From positions 6,386 to 70,385 of the IMG/VR virus record IMGVR_UViG_3300020137_000001: DNA of 64,000 nucleotides. One strand, written 5' to 3'. Below are positions 34,318 to 44,308 of this stretch, one piece after another; the stretch's first letter is position 1; each line of letters starts with the position of its first letter. Origin of the DNA: a virus (taxonomy: Duplodnaviria; Caudoviricetes). The notes beneath the pieces were generated by a model that saw only the letters and a program-made list of their open reading frames with translations, did no database searches and had not been told where the DNA came from. The position numbers were made by a program, and so were the translations under genes.

Positions 34318-37300
34318 CAGGAGACTACCTCTATTGCTTCTGCTTCGAGATCAATCTGTTTTGGAATAATTAAATCAGATGTCTCGATGGTGATGTCTGT
34401 TGCGTATGGTCCTCTTCCGATCGGCTGCATCGTCAGGTGGACCTGAGTATAGAGATTCTGCAGGATGACCTGATAGACTGCGAGATCAGGATTATCTCCG
34501 GCGTATCCCTCAAGCGCGGCGCGCTGTGCATTCGGACCACCGGTCACTTGAAGCGAGATCACAGCATTATCTGCGCTCAAGCCTCGCACGAAATTCACCT
34601 TGTCATCGTTGGCATCATAGTTCGGCACCGTGAACGCCACGTCAGATGATGGGACAAGACTGACCACGTTATCACGTACGAAATAATCATCGACATAGTC
34701 ATCATCAATGTAGGCATCTTCTCCATCACTCTCAACGTGCGACCCACCGTATCCAACGGTCGAGTTGATGGTCACCTGCGCGGATGGCTTGCCTCCAGCA
34801 TACGACAATGAATACTTCGTGATCTTGCCGACAGCTTCTCCTCCCGGCAATCTGTGATCGTGGATCAAGAGACCTTTTCGCAGTGTCACATCGAGAGCCT
34901 GCACGAAGTCCTTGAAATGACAGTCGATCTGAACCGCGCGCGCTCGATTGATGAGTGTCGCGCGAGCCATCAGGATCATGTGTTGAACAGACTGTTGACC
35001 GCGCGCCGTGCTGACATATTCGTTGCAACGGAGATCGCCGAGCGGCGTGGTGCCGTCTCTCGTAACGTCGCTGACACTGTTCGTGTTCACCGTCAGAGTC
35101 ACGACCTCGTCATCTCCCGGCAGCGTCAGAATTGCCTGCATGTCTGACTCGACGTCGACAGTCACAATTTCGCTGTAATTTCTCGACGAGTCATAGCCGA
35201 CTCTCAACACCGGGGCTCCCCATCCTGCTGGCACGATCGTGACCGTGACCGCAGGAACATCGAGTCCACCGTATGTCGGTTTCACCGCCTTGACATATGA
35301 ACCGACTGGAACCAGCGTTGCTTGATTGTAGTCAGCGAAGACCCACCCTGATAGATAGTCGGTCGCCTTGAGCGGCACCGTGGCGACCGTCATGTCTGCG
35401 AGTGAACCCTCGATCACAGACCATCCGTCTCCGAGACTCGCACCCTCCTTCGGCCAGTCACCACTCAACCCGTCGAAGCTGTACGACATGATCAGCTTGC
35501 CGCGATAGTCACTGGCGTACGAATCAGCCACCTCAGGCCACGCGTTCACGATCCGCTTCGACAGAGAGAAGCTTCCACTCGCGATCTGAGTCCACGGTAT
35601 GGTGGCGACCACGCGGCATCTGCGCACCGGCACGTCACCCATCGACGTCGCGAGCCCGTGATACAGGTGATCATCCTCGGTCAACTCAATCGTACCATCT
35701 TCCGGCACGATCAGGTCACTCGTGGTCAATTGGTGCGTGACACGATCTATGTGCCAGAGTTCAGTTCGCGCGTCCAGCACTAGATCCGGATCATTCCACG
35801 AATCTGGCTGGATGAAGATCGGATCGTAGTATGGCAACGCTCTCATCGTGTCAGCCAGTGCTTCCTTCTGCGCGGCAAAATCCACCGGGCGAGCGATGAA
35901 TTCCAGCGTCACGCGCGTATCGAAAATGTTGGACGGCAGACCAATGAGGCGACCATAGAACACCGGCTTGATCGTCACGCCATCATAGTACGTCAACCAC
36001 GCCCACGTCTTGCGAGACGGCGCAAGAAGTCCGACTCGCGGGTTCTTGATGACGATCGTCAGACGAGCGAAGTCTCCCTCTGACTGCGTCAGCGTCAGAG
36101 AGAAGATCTCCTCATCCTCGCGCAAGAATGAGGAATTATGCGGCACATCCCCCGCCTCTGCCCACGCAAAGTAGAATGGCCCACGCGTCGCGACGCCGTT
36201 GAACAGTGCGACCCGAAAGCGCGAGTCATCTGAGAAGTCGACCGACGCCCTGACCAGGGGCGTGACCCGCAGAGGTCGCAGCGTGATGCGTGATTCGTCT
36301 GAGAGATTGACAGACAGGTTCTCATAGATCGTGACCTTGGCGAACGCCATGAGGCGCGAGTCGTCCGCATAACTGATCTTGAGCGTCAGTGGATACGCCA
36401 CCGTTGATCTTGCGTACAGACGCGAATCATCCACGAGACCCGCAGTTAGATGAACCTCGATCGCGCTGTGATTGACGATGAACTCAGATCCATCCTCAAA
36501 AGCGGCACTCAGGTCAAAGTTGGATCCGTCGCTGATGTCAAAGTATGTTTCGATCTGGTACGGAGTCCTCACGAGTGTCCCGGACACTCCGACCATCTGA
36601 TAATATGCATGAGCCGTGTTATTGCTGGATAGATCGTGAACGGGGATCGGGTTATCGCTGGTGATGTTAGTCACCGACCACGTGAAGGGTGACCCGATGT
36701 CGACCCATGTTGAACCGTCATCTGATGCCTGCCATTTCCAGGTCCCGAGGTCTCCCGTATATCCACTCGTCTCAACACGCGCATACTTGACGACGCGAGG
36801 CGTGTCGAACTGGTACGCGATGTTGAGTCCGGATGCGCTTTGCGACGTATCCGGCCACCATGAGTCGGACGAGTTGGTCCCGTAGGCTCCATCGACGAGG
36901 TTGCCGATGTCGGTCCCGGACGCCCCGGTGATGTTTGTCGTGGCGGTGATCGAAGACAAACGATTGCCAACTTCGTCGTCCGTGCCACTGATAATGAACT
37001 CGACCTGTCGGATGTTCGAATCGTTCCACGTGCCGCCGACCTCGCGGAGTCGATACCACTTGTATGCCGTCGCGTTCTTGACGCGAACGAGCCAAGGATC
37101 GTTTCCGCCAGATCCACGCATCGTGTCGCCGGCAGACAGCGTGATCCATGTCGAGCCGTCGTTGGATGCTTCGAACGCGAACTCGATTGGGCTGACCGGC
37201 GCGGTTTGATACCACAGATAGCCTGTGATAACGCGCGGGAGACCCAGGATCTCGAACGTGAGAGTCTTATCGCTGGCAGCCGTACCGTTGGTCATGTACG

Positions 37301-37559
37301 GCTTGCCAGAATCACTTGTCGTAGTCCCGTCGAGCAGCAGCGTCATCGAGCGCGAAGATGATCCTGAGTCACGAGGTAGTGTGGATGTGACTCCGAACAC
37401 GGATCGGCGTGGTCCTGCGCCACCTAGATTGTTCGTGGTGTACTTGATCGGATCGATCGAGGCCAGTATTTCCACAGCGAAGATGCTGACCCGTGCAGAC
37501 GTGTCTCCGCCTCCGGTCAGGACCTCGGTGATGACCCCTGTTGTTCTGTTCGTCGCCAT
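34317..37559 (-). CDS. Large tail-tip/baseplate hub protein with two N-terminal discoidin-like domains
   Basis: 1080 aa; FEASNDGSTW and WKWQASDDGSTW repeats; position after tape measure and Dit-like genes. Confidence 0.7.
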   Translation of the reverse strand: MATNRTTGVITEVLTGGGDTSARVSIFAVEILASIDPIKYTTNNLGGAGPRRSVFGVTSTLPRDSGSSSRSMTLLLDGTTTSDSGKPYMTNGTAASDKTLTFEILGLPRVITGYLWYQTAPVSPIEFAFEASNDGSTWITLSAGDTMRGSGGNDPWLVRVKNATAYKWYRLREVGGTWNDSNIRQVEFIISGTDDEVGNRLSSITATTNITGASGTDIGNLVDGAYGTNSSDSWWPDTSQSASGLNIAYQFDTPRVVKYARVETSGYTGDLGTWKWQASDDGSTWVDIGSPFTWSVTNITSDNPIPVHDLSSNNTAHAYYQMVGVSGTLVRTPYQIETYFDISDGSNFDLSAAFEDGSEFIVNHSAIEVHLTAGLVDDSRLYARSTVAYPLTLKISYADDSRLMAFAKVTIYENLSVNLSDESRITLRPLRVTPLVRASVDFSDDSRFRVALFNGVATRGPFYFAWAEAGDVPHNSSFLREDEEIFSLTLTQSEGDFARLTIVIKNPRVGLLAPSRKTWAWLTYYDGVTIKPVFYGRLIGLPSNIFDTRVTLEFIARPVDFAAQKEALADTMRALPYYDPIFIQPDSWNDPDLVLDARTELWHIDRVTHQLTTSDLIVPEDGTIELTEDDHLYHGLATSMGDVPVRRCRVVATIPWTQIASGSFSLSKRIVNAWPEVADSYASDYRGKLIMSYSFDGLSGDWPKEGASLGDGWSVIEGSLADMTVATVPLKATDYLSGWVFADYNQATLVPVGSYVKAVKPTYGGLDVPAVTVTIVPAGWGAPVLRVGYDSSRNYSEIVTVDVESDMQAILTLPGDDEVVTLTVNTNSVSDVTRDGTTPLGDLRCNEYVSTARGQQSVQHMILMARATLINRARAVQIDCHFKDFVQALDVTLRKGLLIHDHRLPGGEAVGKITKYSLSYAGGKPSAQVTINSTVGYGGSHVESDGEDAYIDDDYVDDYFVRDNVVSLVPSSDVAFTVPNYDANDDKVNFVRGLSADNAVISLQVTGGPNAQRAALEGYAGDNPDLAVYQVILQNLYTQVHLTMQPIGRGPYATDITIETSDLIIPKQIDLEAEAIEVVS

Positions 37560-37563
37560 GAAT

Positions 37564-38577
37564 TTACGCCGTCACTTTCATTCCGACCTGCAGATCGGCG
37601 ACATCGCTCGGCGTCCAAGGAGCAGACGTGTCTGGATTCTGATCAAGCAATTGGAGCGCCGTCGTGTAACTGGTCGACATGGCTTTCGACGTTCCGACCG
37701 TTTCCGTACTGCCGCTCAGCGTCACGGGCGCAATCGTTCGCGTGGCCGCGTCGTCCTTCCTAGCGACGATCACATTTTGGATGCCGAAGATGTCGTTCGG
37801 CGTATAACCGAGTGTGCTGATTTCATACAGGTCCTTGGCATCAACCGCGCTGGCTGACACGTAAGACGTGTCGCCATCCACGGTCGCCTCGTTGACTCGG
37901 CTATAGTTCGTGCTACCACTATTCGGAACCCAGTCCTTCTGCGCCGTGTCGACGGCAGGTCGTGCGGTTGATACCCGGCACTCACCGAGCCACGTTGATC
38001 CGTCCACGCAATAGACATCGTCGAACAAAGCATAACCACCACCCGAATTGCATTCTAAACCAATACCTCCGATATCTGAACCTCCCGTGTTCACTCCGGT
38101 CTTCCCCAAGATCTTGACGCCGTCCTGGTACACGTTGAAGGATCCACTGGACGAATCCCTCACGAGTTCAATGCCGATGTAGGTCCACACGCCATTCACG
38201 AACGTCGCAGTGCTCGTGATATCTAGAATCGTGGGCGTGCTTGATTCCCCCGAGCTATAGCAAAAGTTGAACTTGTTGGTGGTGGATATGCACAGACTGC
38301 ATTGCGTGGTTCCGCCGGCAGTGTTGCGAAAGCTGACTATCTGCCTCTGAACACCAGAGAAACCCGTGAAATCAACATTGGACCAGAAGGCGAAACCAAG
38401 CGACAGCGAACTCTTAGCTGTCGAGAGTGTGCGATGCGTCCTTCCCTGCGTCTTAAGACATCTTCCGCCGAAACGTCCAGCCGTGGCATAGTCGATCGAC
38501 ACGGTTCCGATCCAATTCAAGCTCGTCGGCGCGCTCGAACTGTAGTAGTCAAAACCATCCATGAACAACAGACCCAT
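37564..38577 (-). CDS. Tail protein with ConA/LamG-like lectin domain
   Basis: MGLLFMDGFD, W.YI.IE.......FNVY.DG, FDDVY motifs. Confidence 0.65.
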   Translation of the reverse strand: MGLLFMDGFDYYSSSAPTSLNWIGTVSIDYATAGRFGGRCLKTQGRTHRTLSTAKSSLSLGFAFWSNVDFTGFSGVQRQIVSFRNTAGGTTQCSLCISTTNKFNFCYSSGESSTPTILDITSTATFVNGVWTYIGIELVRDSSSGSFNVYQDGVKILGKTGVNTGGSDIGGIGLECNSGGGYALFDDVYCVDGSTWLGECRVSTARPAVDTAQKDWVPNSGSTNYSRVNEATVDGDTSYVSASAVDAKDLYEISTLGYTPNDIFGIQNVIVARKDDAATRTIAPVTLSGSTETVGTSKAMSTSYTTALQLLDQNPDTSAPWTPSDVADLQVGMKVTA

Positions 38578-38580
38578 CCC

Positions 38581-39021
38581 TCAGATCTCCTCAAGCTGCA
38601 TGGACCACGAGACGGCGCATCCGTACTCGTCTGTCTGTGCCGTGTATCCAAGCACCATCATCGTCAGCGTCGGTCTGTAGAATGTGTAGTCTCCATCGAC
38701 GCGCGACGATCCAGACACGACAGGACGTGTTGGTGTGCCACCACTGGTCTTATAGCAGAGCTCCGATATGCATCCGACGGTCAAGATCAACCCCGGCCAC
38801 GACTTCTCGAAGGCCGGTGCCGTCTGGTCATTGCACGATATCGTGCTGGCGAACTTCTTGAACCCATCGTCGAATGAGAGATCGACGAGCTTGCCGTTCA
38901 CCGTGCGATCTACCTGCGACGCACCCTGAATCGGACTCAGCGTCTGCGACGCTCCTCGCGTGGCATATGGTTGCACACCATCACCACTCAGTGTCAGGAC
39001 GGTGAATGCGTTCTTAACCAT
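38581..39021 (-). CDS. Distal tail (Dit-like) protein
   Basis: Immediately after the tape measure gene; RTVNGKLVD...W.M.LEE pattern. Confidence 0.55.
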   Translation of the reverse strand: MVKNAFTVLTLSGDGVQPYATRGASQTLSPIQGASQVDRTVNGKLVDLSFDDGFKKFASTISCNDQTAPAFEKSWPGLILTVGCISELCYKTSGGTPTRPVVSGSSRVDGDYTFYRPTLTMMVLGYTAQTDEYGCAVSWSMQLEEI

Positions 39022-39027
39022 TTCTTA

Positions 39028-41130
39028 TCATCTCCTCGGGGCTGTCCACGACGGAGCCTTGCCACTACTCGTCATGCGACGCTGAACGGTGTAGCGAATC
39101 AGTGCCTCAGCAGTGTCGCGATCTGGAATACCGAGCCCGTCGAATCGCTGCCCGTCAATGCTCAGGTTCAGCACACCCCCGCTATCACGCGATTGTCCCA
39201 CGCGCTGCGGTGCGAAACGCGGAAGAGCGGGGGCTAGATTGCCGAGAGAACCGCCTGACGCGAAACCACGAGCGAATTCGTATGGGTCGAAGCGACCCTC
39301 GTTGATGGCACGCATGAACGACGAACCATATTTCCGCACGGCTTTCGCTTGTATCACCCATTCGTTATTCGAGAGCCATGCGCGAACTGAATCCGATGTC
39401 GACGTACCGGGACCACGGACGCGACCACCACTGGCAAACGCCGCTCCGTCGCCTCCAGTATCGCCGCTCGTGCCACCGGAGATCGCATTGATCATGTCGA
39501 TGATCGGTTGCAAAAGTTTCTTCAGATTGTCGACCCATCCCGTGACGGTTTGTGTGACCGTGTCAATCGCAGAGTTGAACGCACTGACGATCGACTGACC
39601 GATGCTCGTGAATATACCGCTGATCGTCTCGGGCAGTGAGCCGAAGAAATCGAGGAGCCCCTGCCACTTGTCCTGGACACCCTGAACGGCGTCATCGAAG
39701 GTTTGCTTGAGACCGTCACCGAGACCGGAGAACCATGTCTCGATTTGCTGGCGTCCTTCATCAATCTTGGCGACGAGTGTGATCCATGTCGTCGTGATGA
39801 ACTCAACAACGCGATCCCAGTTGCTGTAGAGCAGCGTCAGTGCGACGATGAGCGCACCGATCGCGAGCCCGATCGGATTGAGATTGAACGATGAACCGAG
39901 CAGCGCGCTCACCAGTCGTAGAGTATTGGCACCGACCGTGAGAACACCAAACAGAAGCTTGAAGCTACCTGTCAGTTGCCCAATTATTGCGATGATGACC
40001 AGTGCGCCCGTTGAGAAATTAGTGCCGAAAATAGAGTTGAACGTATCGCGAATGCTGTCGAGGTATCCCTTCAGCGTCACGAACGCTGGCACGAGCTGAT
40101 TGTTGAAGATATTGAGAAGCTGAGGCATGGCGTTGATTACGCCAGTGAATACCTCACGAAATCCGGTGCCGATTGACGTGATTGCTGAACGAATCGCCGG
40201 TCCATTCTGCTGAACGAAGCTGCTCAACTGTTGACCGAGATCATTGAACAATTGCGAGATCGTCGCACTACTCGCACTCAGCGCATCGGTGACGATGCCG
40301 ATGACCTGCGCGACGCCTGGACCAAAGGCGTCCATGAAGTCGTTCTTCAACTGAATGAGCGTGTTGCCGAGCGACGTCAGCGCACTGGTCAACGGACCAC
40401 CATACGTGTCTATCAGTGTCTGATATACCTTACGATCCGCGAGTTGCTTCTGGAGACGTTCGGTCTCCTCACGTGCGCTCTCCTGCGCGAGCTCTAACTC
40501 CTGCGTCGCACGAATCTGATCATTATATGCGTTGCGATTCGTCCGTAGAGTCGCGTTGTATTGATCATAGGTGATCGTGCCGTCCGCGAGTTGTCTGTTG
40601 AGCTGACGCTGCTGATTGGTGTAGTTCAGTGTCGCTTGCTCAGCTCTCAGGTTGCTCTGAACAGTCTCCTGCTGAACCTTGTTCGTCTGCTCGAATGCAG
40701 ACGTCTGAGTATTCTGAGACTTTGCGACCGACGCAGCGAGCGCACCTATGCCCGCCGCTGCCGCCGCTGCGGCTGTCGTCAATCCAGCGACACGCGCGAC
40801 GAACGACGCGAGGTCCTTGCCCACCTTGACGGCGGAGCGAGTGAGTCCCTCCATCGCGCGCGAGATCTCGTTGAGTTGCGCGGCGTTCTTCTGAGCCGAA
40901 CCAGAGATATCGGTTTTTCCGAGCTTGTCGAGCGCATCGCTGCTCTTCTTGGCACCATCGCTGATCTGATCGGTGCTCTTGCCGACCTTCTTGGATGCAG
41001 CATCAGCCTTTTCACCGAGCCTGTCGAATGCCTCGCCACCCTTGTCGGCGAAGTCCTCGATCTTCTTGGTCGACTCTTCCGCGCCCTCGATGACTATGTT
41101 GGATACGAGGTCTTCGCTGTCGTCAGCCAT
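39028..41130 (-). CDS. Tape measure protein
   Basis: 700 aa, Ala/Gly/Thr-rich helical, TM-like segments, C-terminal FASGG.V.GPGTSTSDSV.A.LSN.E motif. Confidence 0.9.
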   Translation of the reverse strand: MADDSEDLVSNIVIEGAEESTKKIEDFADKGGEAFDRLGEKADAASKKVGKSTDQISDGAKKSSDALDKLGKTDISGSAQKNAAQLNEISRAMEGLTRSAVKVGKDLASFVARVAGLTTAAAAAAAGIGALAASVAKSQNTQTSAFEQTNKVQQETVQSNLRAEQATLNYTNQQRQLNRQLADGTITYDQYNATLRTNRNAYNDQIRATQELELAQESAREETERLQKQLADRKVYQTLIDTYGGPLTSALTSLGNTLIQLKNDFMDAFGPGVAQVIGIVTDALSASSATISQLFNDLGQQLSSFVQQNGPAIRSAITSIGTGFREVFTGVINAMPQLLNIFNNQLVPAFVTLKGYLDSIRDTFNSIFGTNFSTGALVIIAIIGQLTGSFKLLFGVLTVGANTLRLVSALLGSSFNLNPIGLAIGALIVALTLLYSNWDRVVEFITTTWITLVAKIDEGRQQIETWFSGLGDGLKQTFDDAVQGVQDKWQGLLDFFGSLPETISGIFTSIGQSIVSAFNSAIDTVTQTVTGWVDNLKKLLQPIIDMINAISGGTSGDTGGDGAAFASGGRVRGPGTSTSDSVRAWLSNNEWVIQAKAVRKYGSSFMRAINEGRFDPYEFARGFASGGSLGNLAPALPRFAPQRVGQSRDSGGVLNLSIDGQRFDGLGIPDRDTAEALIRYTVQRRMTSSGKAPSWTAPRR

Positions 41131-41671
41131 TTTTCATTGCGTCCTTATAGTAGTCGTTCATCTCGCGCGAGACATCGCGAACGATCTGACGAAGATGCCA
41201 CTTTCTCGGGATCGTGACACTCTCCTTGCCGAAATATTTCGGACCGTCATCGGACAGCAGCAGTGGAGCCTTTCCGAGACGGTTGACACGAAACAGACGG
41301 CCAGGAAAATCACGCGCCCGCACACCGCGCGCATCGAGTGCGAACGACAGAGGAATCCAGAGCATCGGTCGTCCGTGAATCGTGGCACCGAACTCGAAGA
41401 CCTTCCAGAAAAACACGGTGTGAGTCACGCGAATGTTGATGTCAGTACGAGATTTATACGATACCTTGGCACGAAATCCATCCTGCCAGCGGTCAGAGCC
41501 GAAGTTGCCTCCTGCCCTGATGTCCTCTCGCCCCCTGACCTCGATCTCGTCCGCTGCGCGATATGCCGCAGACTGCGTCGCCCGAGTCATCTTCTCGGAG
41601 AATTTCTTCACACGACGCTTGAACTGCGAACCTATCTTGTCGCCGTTCTCCATCTTGAAGGTGACGGTCAC
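41123..41671 (-). CDS. Putative tail completion protein (HK97 gp10-like)
   Basis: Basic; VFEFGATI motif; position. Confidence 0.5.
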   Translation of the reverse strand: MTVTFKMENGDKIGSQFKRRVKKFSEKMTRATQSAAYRAADEIEVRGREDIRAGGNFGSDRWQDGFRAKVSYKSRTDINIRVTHTVFFWKVFEFGATIHGRPMLWIPLSFALDARGVRARDFPGRLFRVNRLGKAPLLLSDDGPKYFGKESVTIPRKWHLRQIVRDVSREMNDYYKDAMKNG

Positions 41672-41907
41672 TGACTCTGCTCTTCTAACTTTGCGATGAA
41701 TTTCTGCGCCTCGTTTCTGCCACCTCTGCCAACGTTCGTGACATTGGCAACAGATATCATGCGAAGCGTGTCAGCCATCTGGTCTCTCGCGATCAGGTCA
41801 CACCATCCTGAGAGCTGTCTTGGTGTGTAGTTCCAACAGTCTCGGACGTCGTGGCCTGCCCCGACGCATCGCTGGATGGCTCTTGCGATCTCGTAGCCTG
41901 ACCCCAT
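41668..41907 (-). CDS. Tail assembly chaperone downstream ORF (gpT-like, -1 frame)
   Basis: WNYTPRQL motif; overlaps the end of 41793..42296 in the -1 frame. Confidence 0.6.
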   Translation of the reverse strand: MGSGYEIARAIQRCVGAGHDVRDCWNYTPRQLSGWCDLIARDQMADTLRMISVANVTNVGRGGRNEAQKFIAKLEEQSQ

Positions 41908-42296
41908 CCAGACACGCCGCCCGAGGTTGCGGGAGCGAGCGCGAACAGGCCGTCGAGAAAAGACTTGATTCCCCTCGGGAACGTCAATTCAACGATCGCC
42001 TGTAGAAGGTCTAGCTGTGCACCGGCTGGCAGGCGAATCGCCGCCTGGATTTGATCACCATCACCGTGATGACCGATCGCCGCCGCGATGATCTGACCGA
42101 CCGCCACCGGAATCTGCGCAACGAGTGAGGCGGCATTCTCTTCTGTCAATTGCTTCCGCGCCATCAACTGTCTCAGTTCTGGAATATCCCTGAGCAACTC
42201 AAACAGTGTCATGGCGGAGAGTCCACTCACCTCGACATTCGTGCCCCCGATTAGAACGATCTTGGTGAGTGGTCCTATGTCTAGCAGTGAAGTCAT
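41793..42296 (-). CDS. Tail assembly chaperone (gpG-like)
   Basis: Between the tail tube and tape measure genes. Confidence 0.7.
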   Translation of the reverse strand: MTSLLDIGPLTKIVLIGGTNVEVSGLSAMTLFELLRDIPELRQLMARKQLTEENAASLVAQIPVAVGQIIAAAIGHHGDGDQIQAAIRLPAGAQLDLLQAIVELTFPRGIKSFLDGLFALAPATSGGVSGWGQATRSQEPSSDASGQATTSETVGTTHQDSSQDGVT

Positions 42297-42322
42297 GTCC
42301 TGATCTCCGTGACTCGCGACGC

Positions 42323-42871
42323 TTACGAGGCGTCGCTCAGATTGGTGAGTTGAATCTGCCCGAACTTGCCAGCGTGATCACCGGACTGAGCCTGAAGCAC
42401 GTCGGCTGTCGTCTCCATCTCGTTCCACTCATCTGAGATGAGCGAGAAATCACCATCCGGCTGAAACGAGATATTCCACAGGTCCATCGTGCACTTGGCA
42501 CCGATGTCGTTCGCTCCGACGAATCGCAACGCACCGTTCACGGCGTTCGTCGCGAATATCTCAATGACTGGACCCCCGACCGCGTCCTCGTCCACGTCAC
42601 CGAGAAGCATGAGCGCGATGTTGTGAGCCGTGATCTCATCCATCGTCATCTTGAGCGTCAGTTTCTTCTCCTGCACGATGCTCAGGTCCTTGGACTTGGT
42701 GCCTGTGCGAGACGAGAAATGATCAAGCGTCGTCAGGTCCGGTGTGATCACGAGAGCAGAGACGTTGCCAAGATCACGATAGTTGGCTTCTCCATCTTTC
42801 TTGAAGCTAACGACCCCCTTGCCAACCTGATAGTTGCCAACGTTGGGAGAGATTAGAGTCGGTTCAGGCAT
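42323..42871 (-). CDS. Major tail tube protein
   Basis: YRDLGNV..L.ITPD...LDHFSSRTG.K.KD, Ser/Thr/Asp-rich, position. Confidence 0.8.
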   Translation of the reverse strand: MPEPTLISPNVGNYQVGKGVVSFKKDGEANYRDLGNVSALVITPDLTTLDHFSSRTGTKSKDLSIVQEKKLTLKMTMDEITAHNIALMLLGDVDEDAVGGPVIEIFATNAVNGALRFVGANDIGAKCTMDLWNISFQPDGDFSLISDEWNEMETTADVLQAQSGDHAGKFGQIQLTNLSDAS

Positions 42872-42887
42872 TTTGAATTTCTCCTGT

Positions 42888-43358
42888 TCACTCGTTCGGG
42901 ATCCACGGATAAGTAATCCTGAGGTCCAGCATCATGGAACCGGTGACAGCACCGCCAGACTTCATGTCGGTGATCACCGCGTTTAGGTAGACAGAGCCAT
43001 TGGCTCCGTAGAGCGTCGCGAGCGGAAAGTCACTCGCAACGGCGTTCAATATCTTCGTTCGAAGCGCGTTCGTCGCTTCACCGATCGTCTCGCGAGTCGG
43101 CCGCTGCTCATTCATCAGGATGAAAATCTGTGGGCTCATCTGCATGATCTGAGGAGCCATCCCTGTCACGCGCCCCCGCTTGTGGTCGTCGCTCAGACGA
43201 ACGGACTCATCACCGTCGAGCAACACCAGACCAGGTCTCTCGTCATCCTTCCGCAGGTCTCGGTTTCGCACGGCGGTGACGACGACCGGGGGGCTGGACT
43301 GGACCATGCCTTGCATGATCGCGAGTAGACGTTCCAGGATAAGTTCTCTGCGGTCCAT
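42888..43358 (-). CDS. Tail terminator-like protein
   Basis: RELILERLLAI start, ends ITYP; precedes the tail tube gene. Confidence 0.6.
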   Translation of the reverse strand: MDRRELILERLLAIMQGMVQSSPPVVVTAVRNRDLRKDDERPGLVLLDGDESVRLSDDHKRGRVTGMAPQIMQMSPQIFILMNEQRPTRETIGEATNALRTKILNAVASDFPLATLYGANGSVYLNAVITDMKSGGAVTGSMMLDLRITYPWIPNE

Positions 43359-44303
43359 CTAGCCACCCTCCGGTTCTGGATCTTCAGGATCGAGCTTCAA
43401 TGTTCCGTCTTTCATGTCGCTGTCGATCTTTCCCGTGACGGTCCAATCTGCATATTCGTATCCCCACCCTGACGAGTCTGATCCAGTGCCTATAACATCG
43501 TTGAAACCTTCCACACCTGGATCTGGAACCTCGACGTAGAATTCCTCTTCTTCGTCATCGAACAGAACAGCGGCGGCATTGGCATCGTAATAGGCATCGA
43601 CATCGACGTCGAAGGCGTACTTGTCGTACTTGTATGACGGTGGTCCCGGATCGGCATAGTAACCCACGACGTGATCTTGCGGACGAGACTGTGCATTAAC
43701 GTAAGCCACACACTCATCGAAAGTGCCAGAAAACGGACTGGGCGCTAAAGAGTAATAACGGTCAACGGTCGTGTCTCCAGTATAAGGATAATACAGAGCT
43801 ATCGGTACGTGAAGCTCATCAACAAAGATACTACCTAACTCCCAAACCCAAGAATTATCTTTTGGATCAGGCGGTGGAATCGTGTATTTATTTATGTCAG
43901 CCGTGGCCCTGACCGTGAACTCCAGTGAAGACGTGGTGACCACGCGCTTGAGAAGGTCCCAGTTCAAGACGAGGACGTTCTGGATCTCCTTCTCGTAGAA
44001 TTCCGTAGTGTCGTTATATTCATCGGTCACATACGGCGTGTAGCTCCACGCATATAATTTAGACCGCATCTCTGACGTGATGAGACCATCGTGGATGACG
44101 ACGGAGTTGGACCCCTCGACACCAAATTTCTTTTTGTTGTCCTCGACGTTAAACGATCCGACACCGGGGATGGACAGTATCAGCTTGGGATTCGCGTCAC
44201 TTCGATAGTCGATCGAATAGTTCCAGCTTATGAAGACGAGCTTTCCACCTTTGGCCCACTTCACCTTGACGATGCGTTGATCGAATGACTGAGCGAAGGT
44301 CAC
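43359..44303 (-). CDS. Acidic, Tyr/Asp-rich hypothetical virion protein
   Basis: GTG start 44303; AT-richer central part. Confidence 0.55.
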   Translation of the reverse strand: MTFAQSFDQRIVKVKWAKGGKLVFISWNYSIDYRSDANPKLILSIPGVGSFNVEDNKKKFGVEGSNSVVIHDGLITSEMRSKLYAWSYTPYVTDEYNDTTEFYEKEIQNVLVLNWDLLKRVVTTSSLEFTVRATADINKYTIPPPDPKDNSWVWELGSIFVDELHVPIALYYPYTGDTTVDRYYSLAPSPFSGTFDECVAYVNAQSRPQDHVVGYYADPGPPSYKYDKYAFDVDVDAYYDANAAAVLFDDEEEEFYVEVPDPGVEGFNDVIGTGSDSSGWGYEYADWTVTGKIDSDMKDGTLKLDPEDPEPEGG

Positions 44304-44308
44304 GTGCG

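Noticed and set aside
41793-41990. Canonical -1 programmed frameshift heptamer for the tail chaperone
   Set aside because: The downstream ORF is in the -1 frame and that frame is open upstream, but I found no X XXY YYZ heptamer; left as two ORFs
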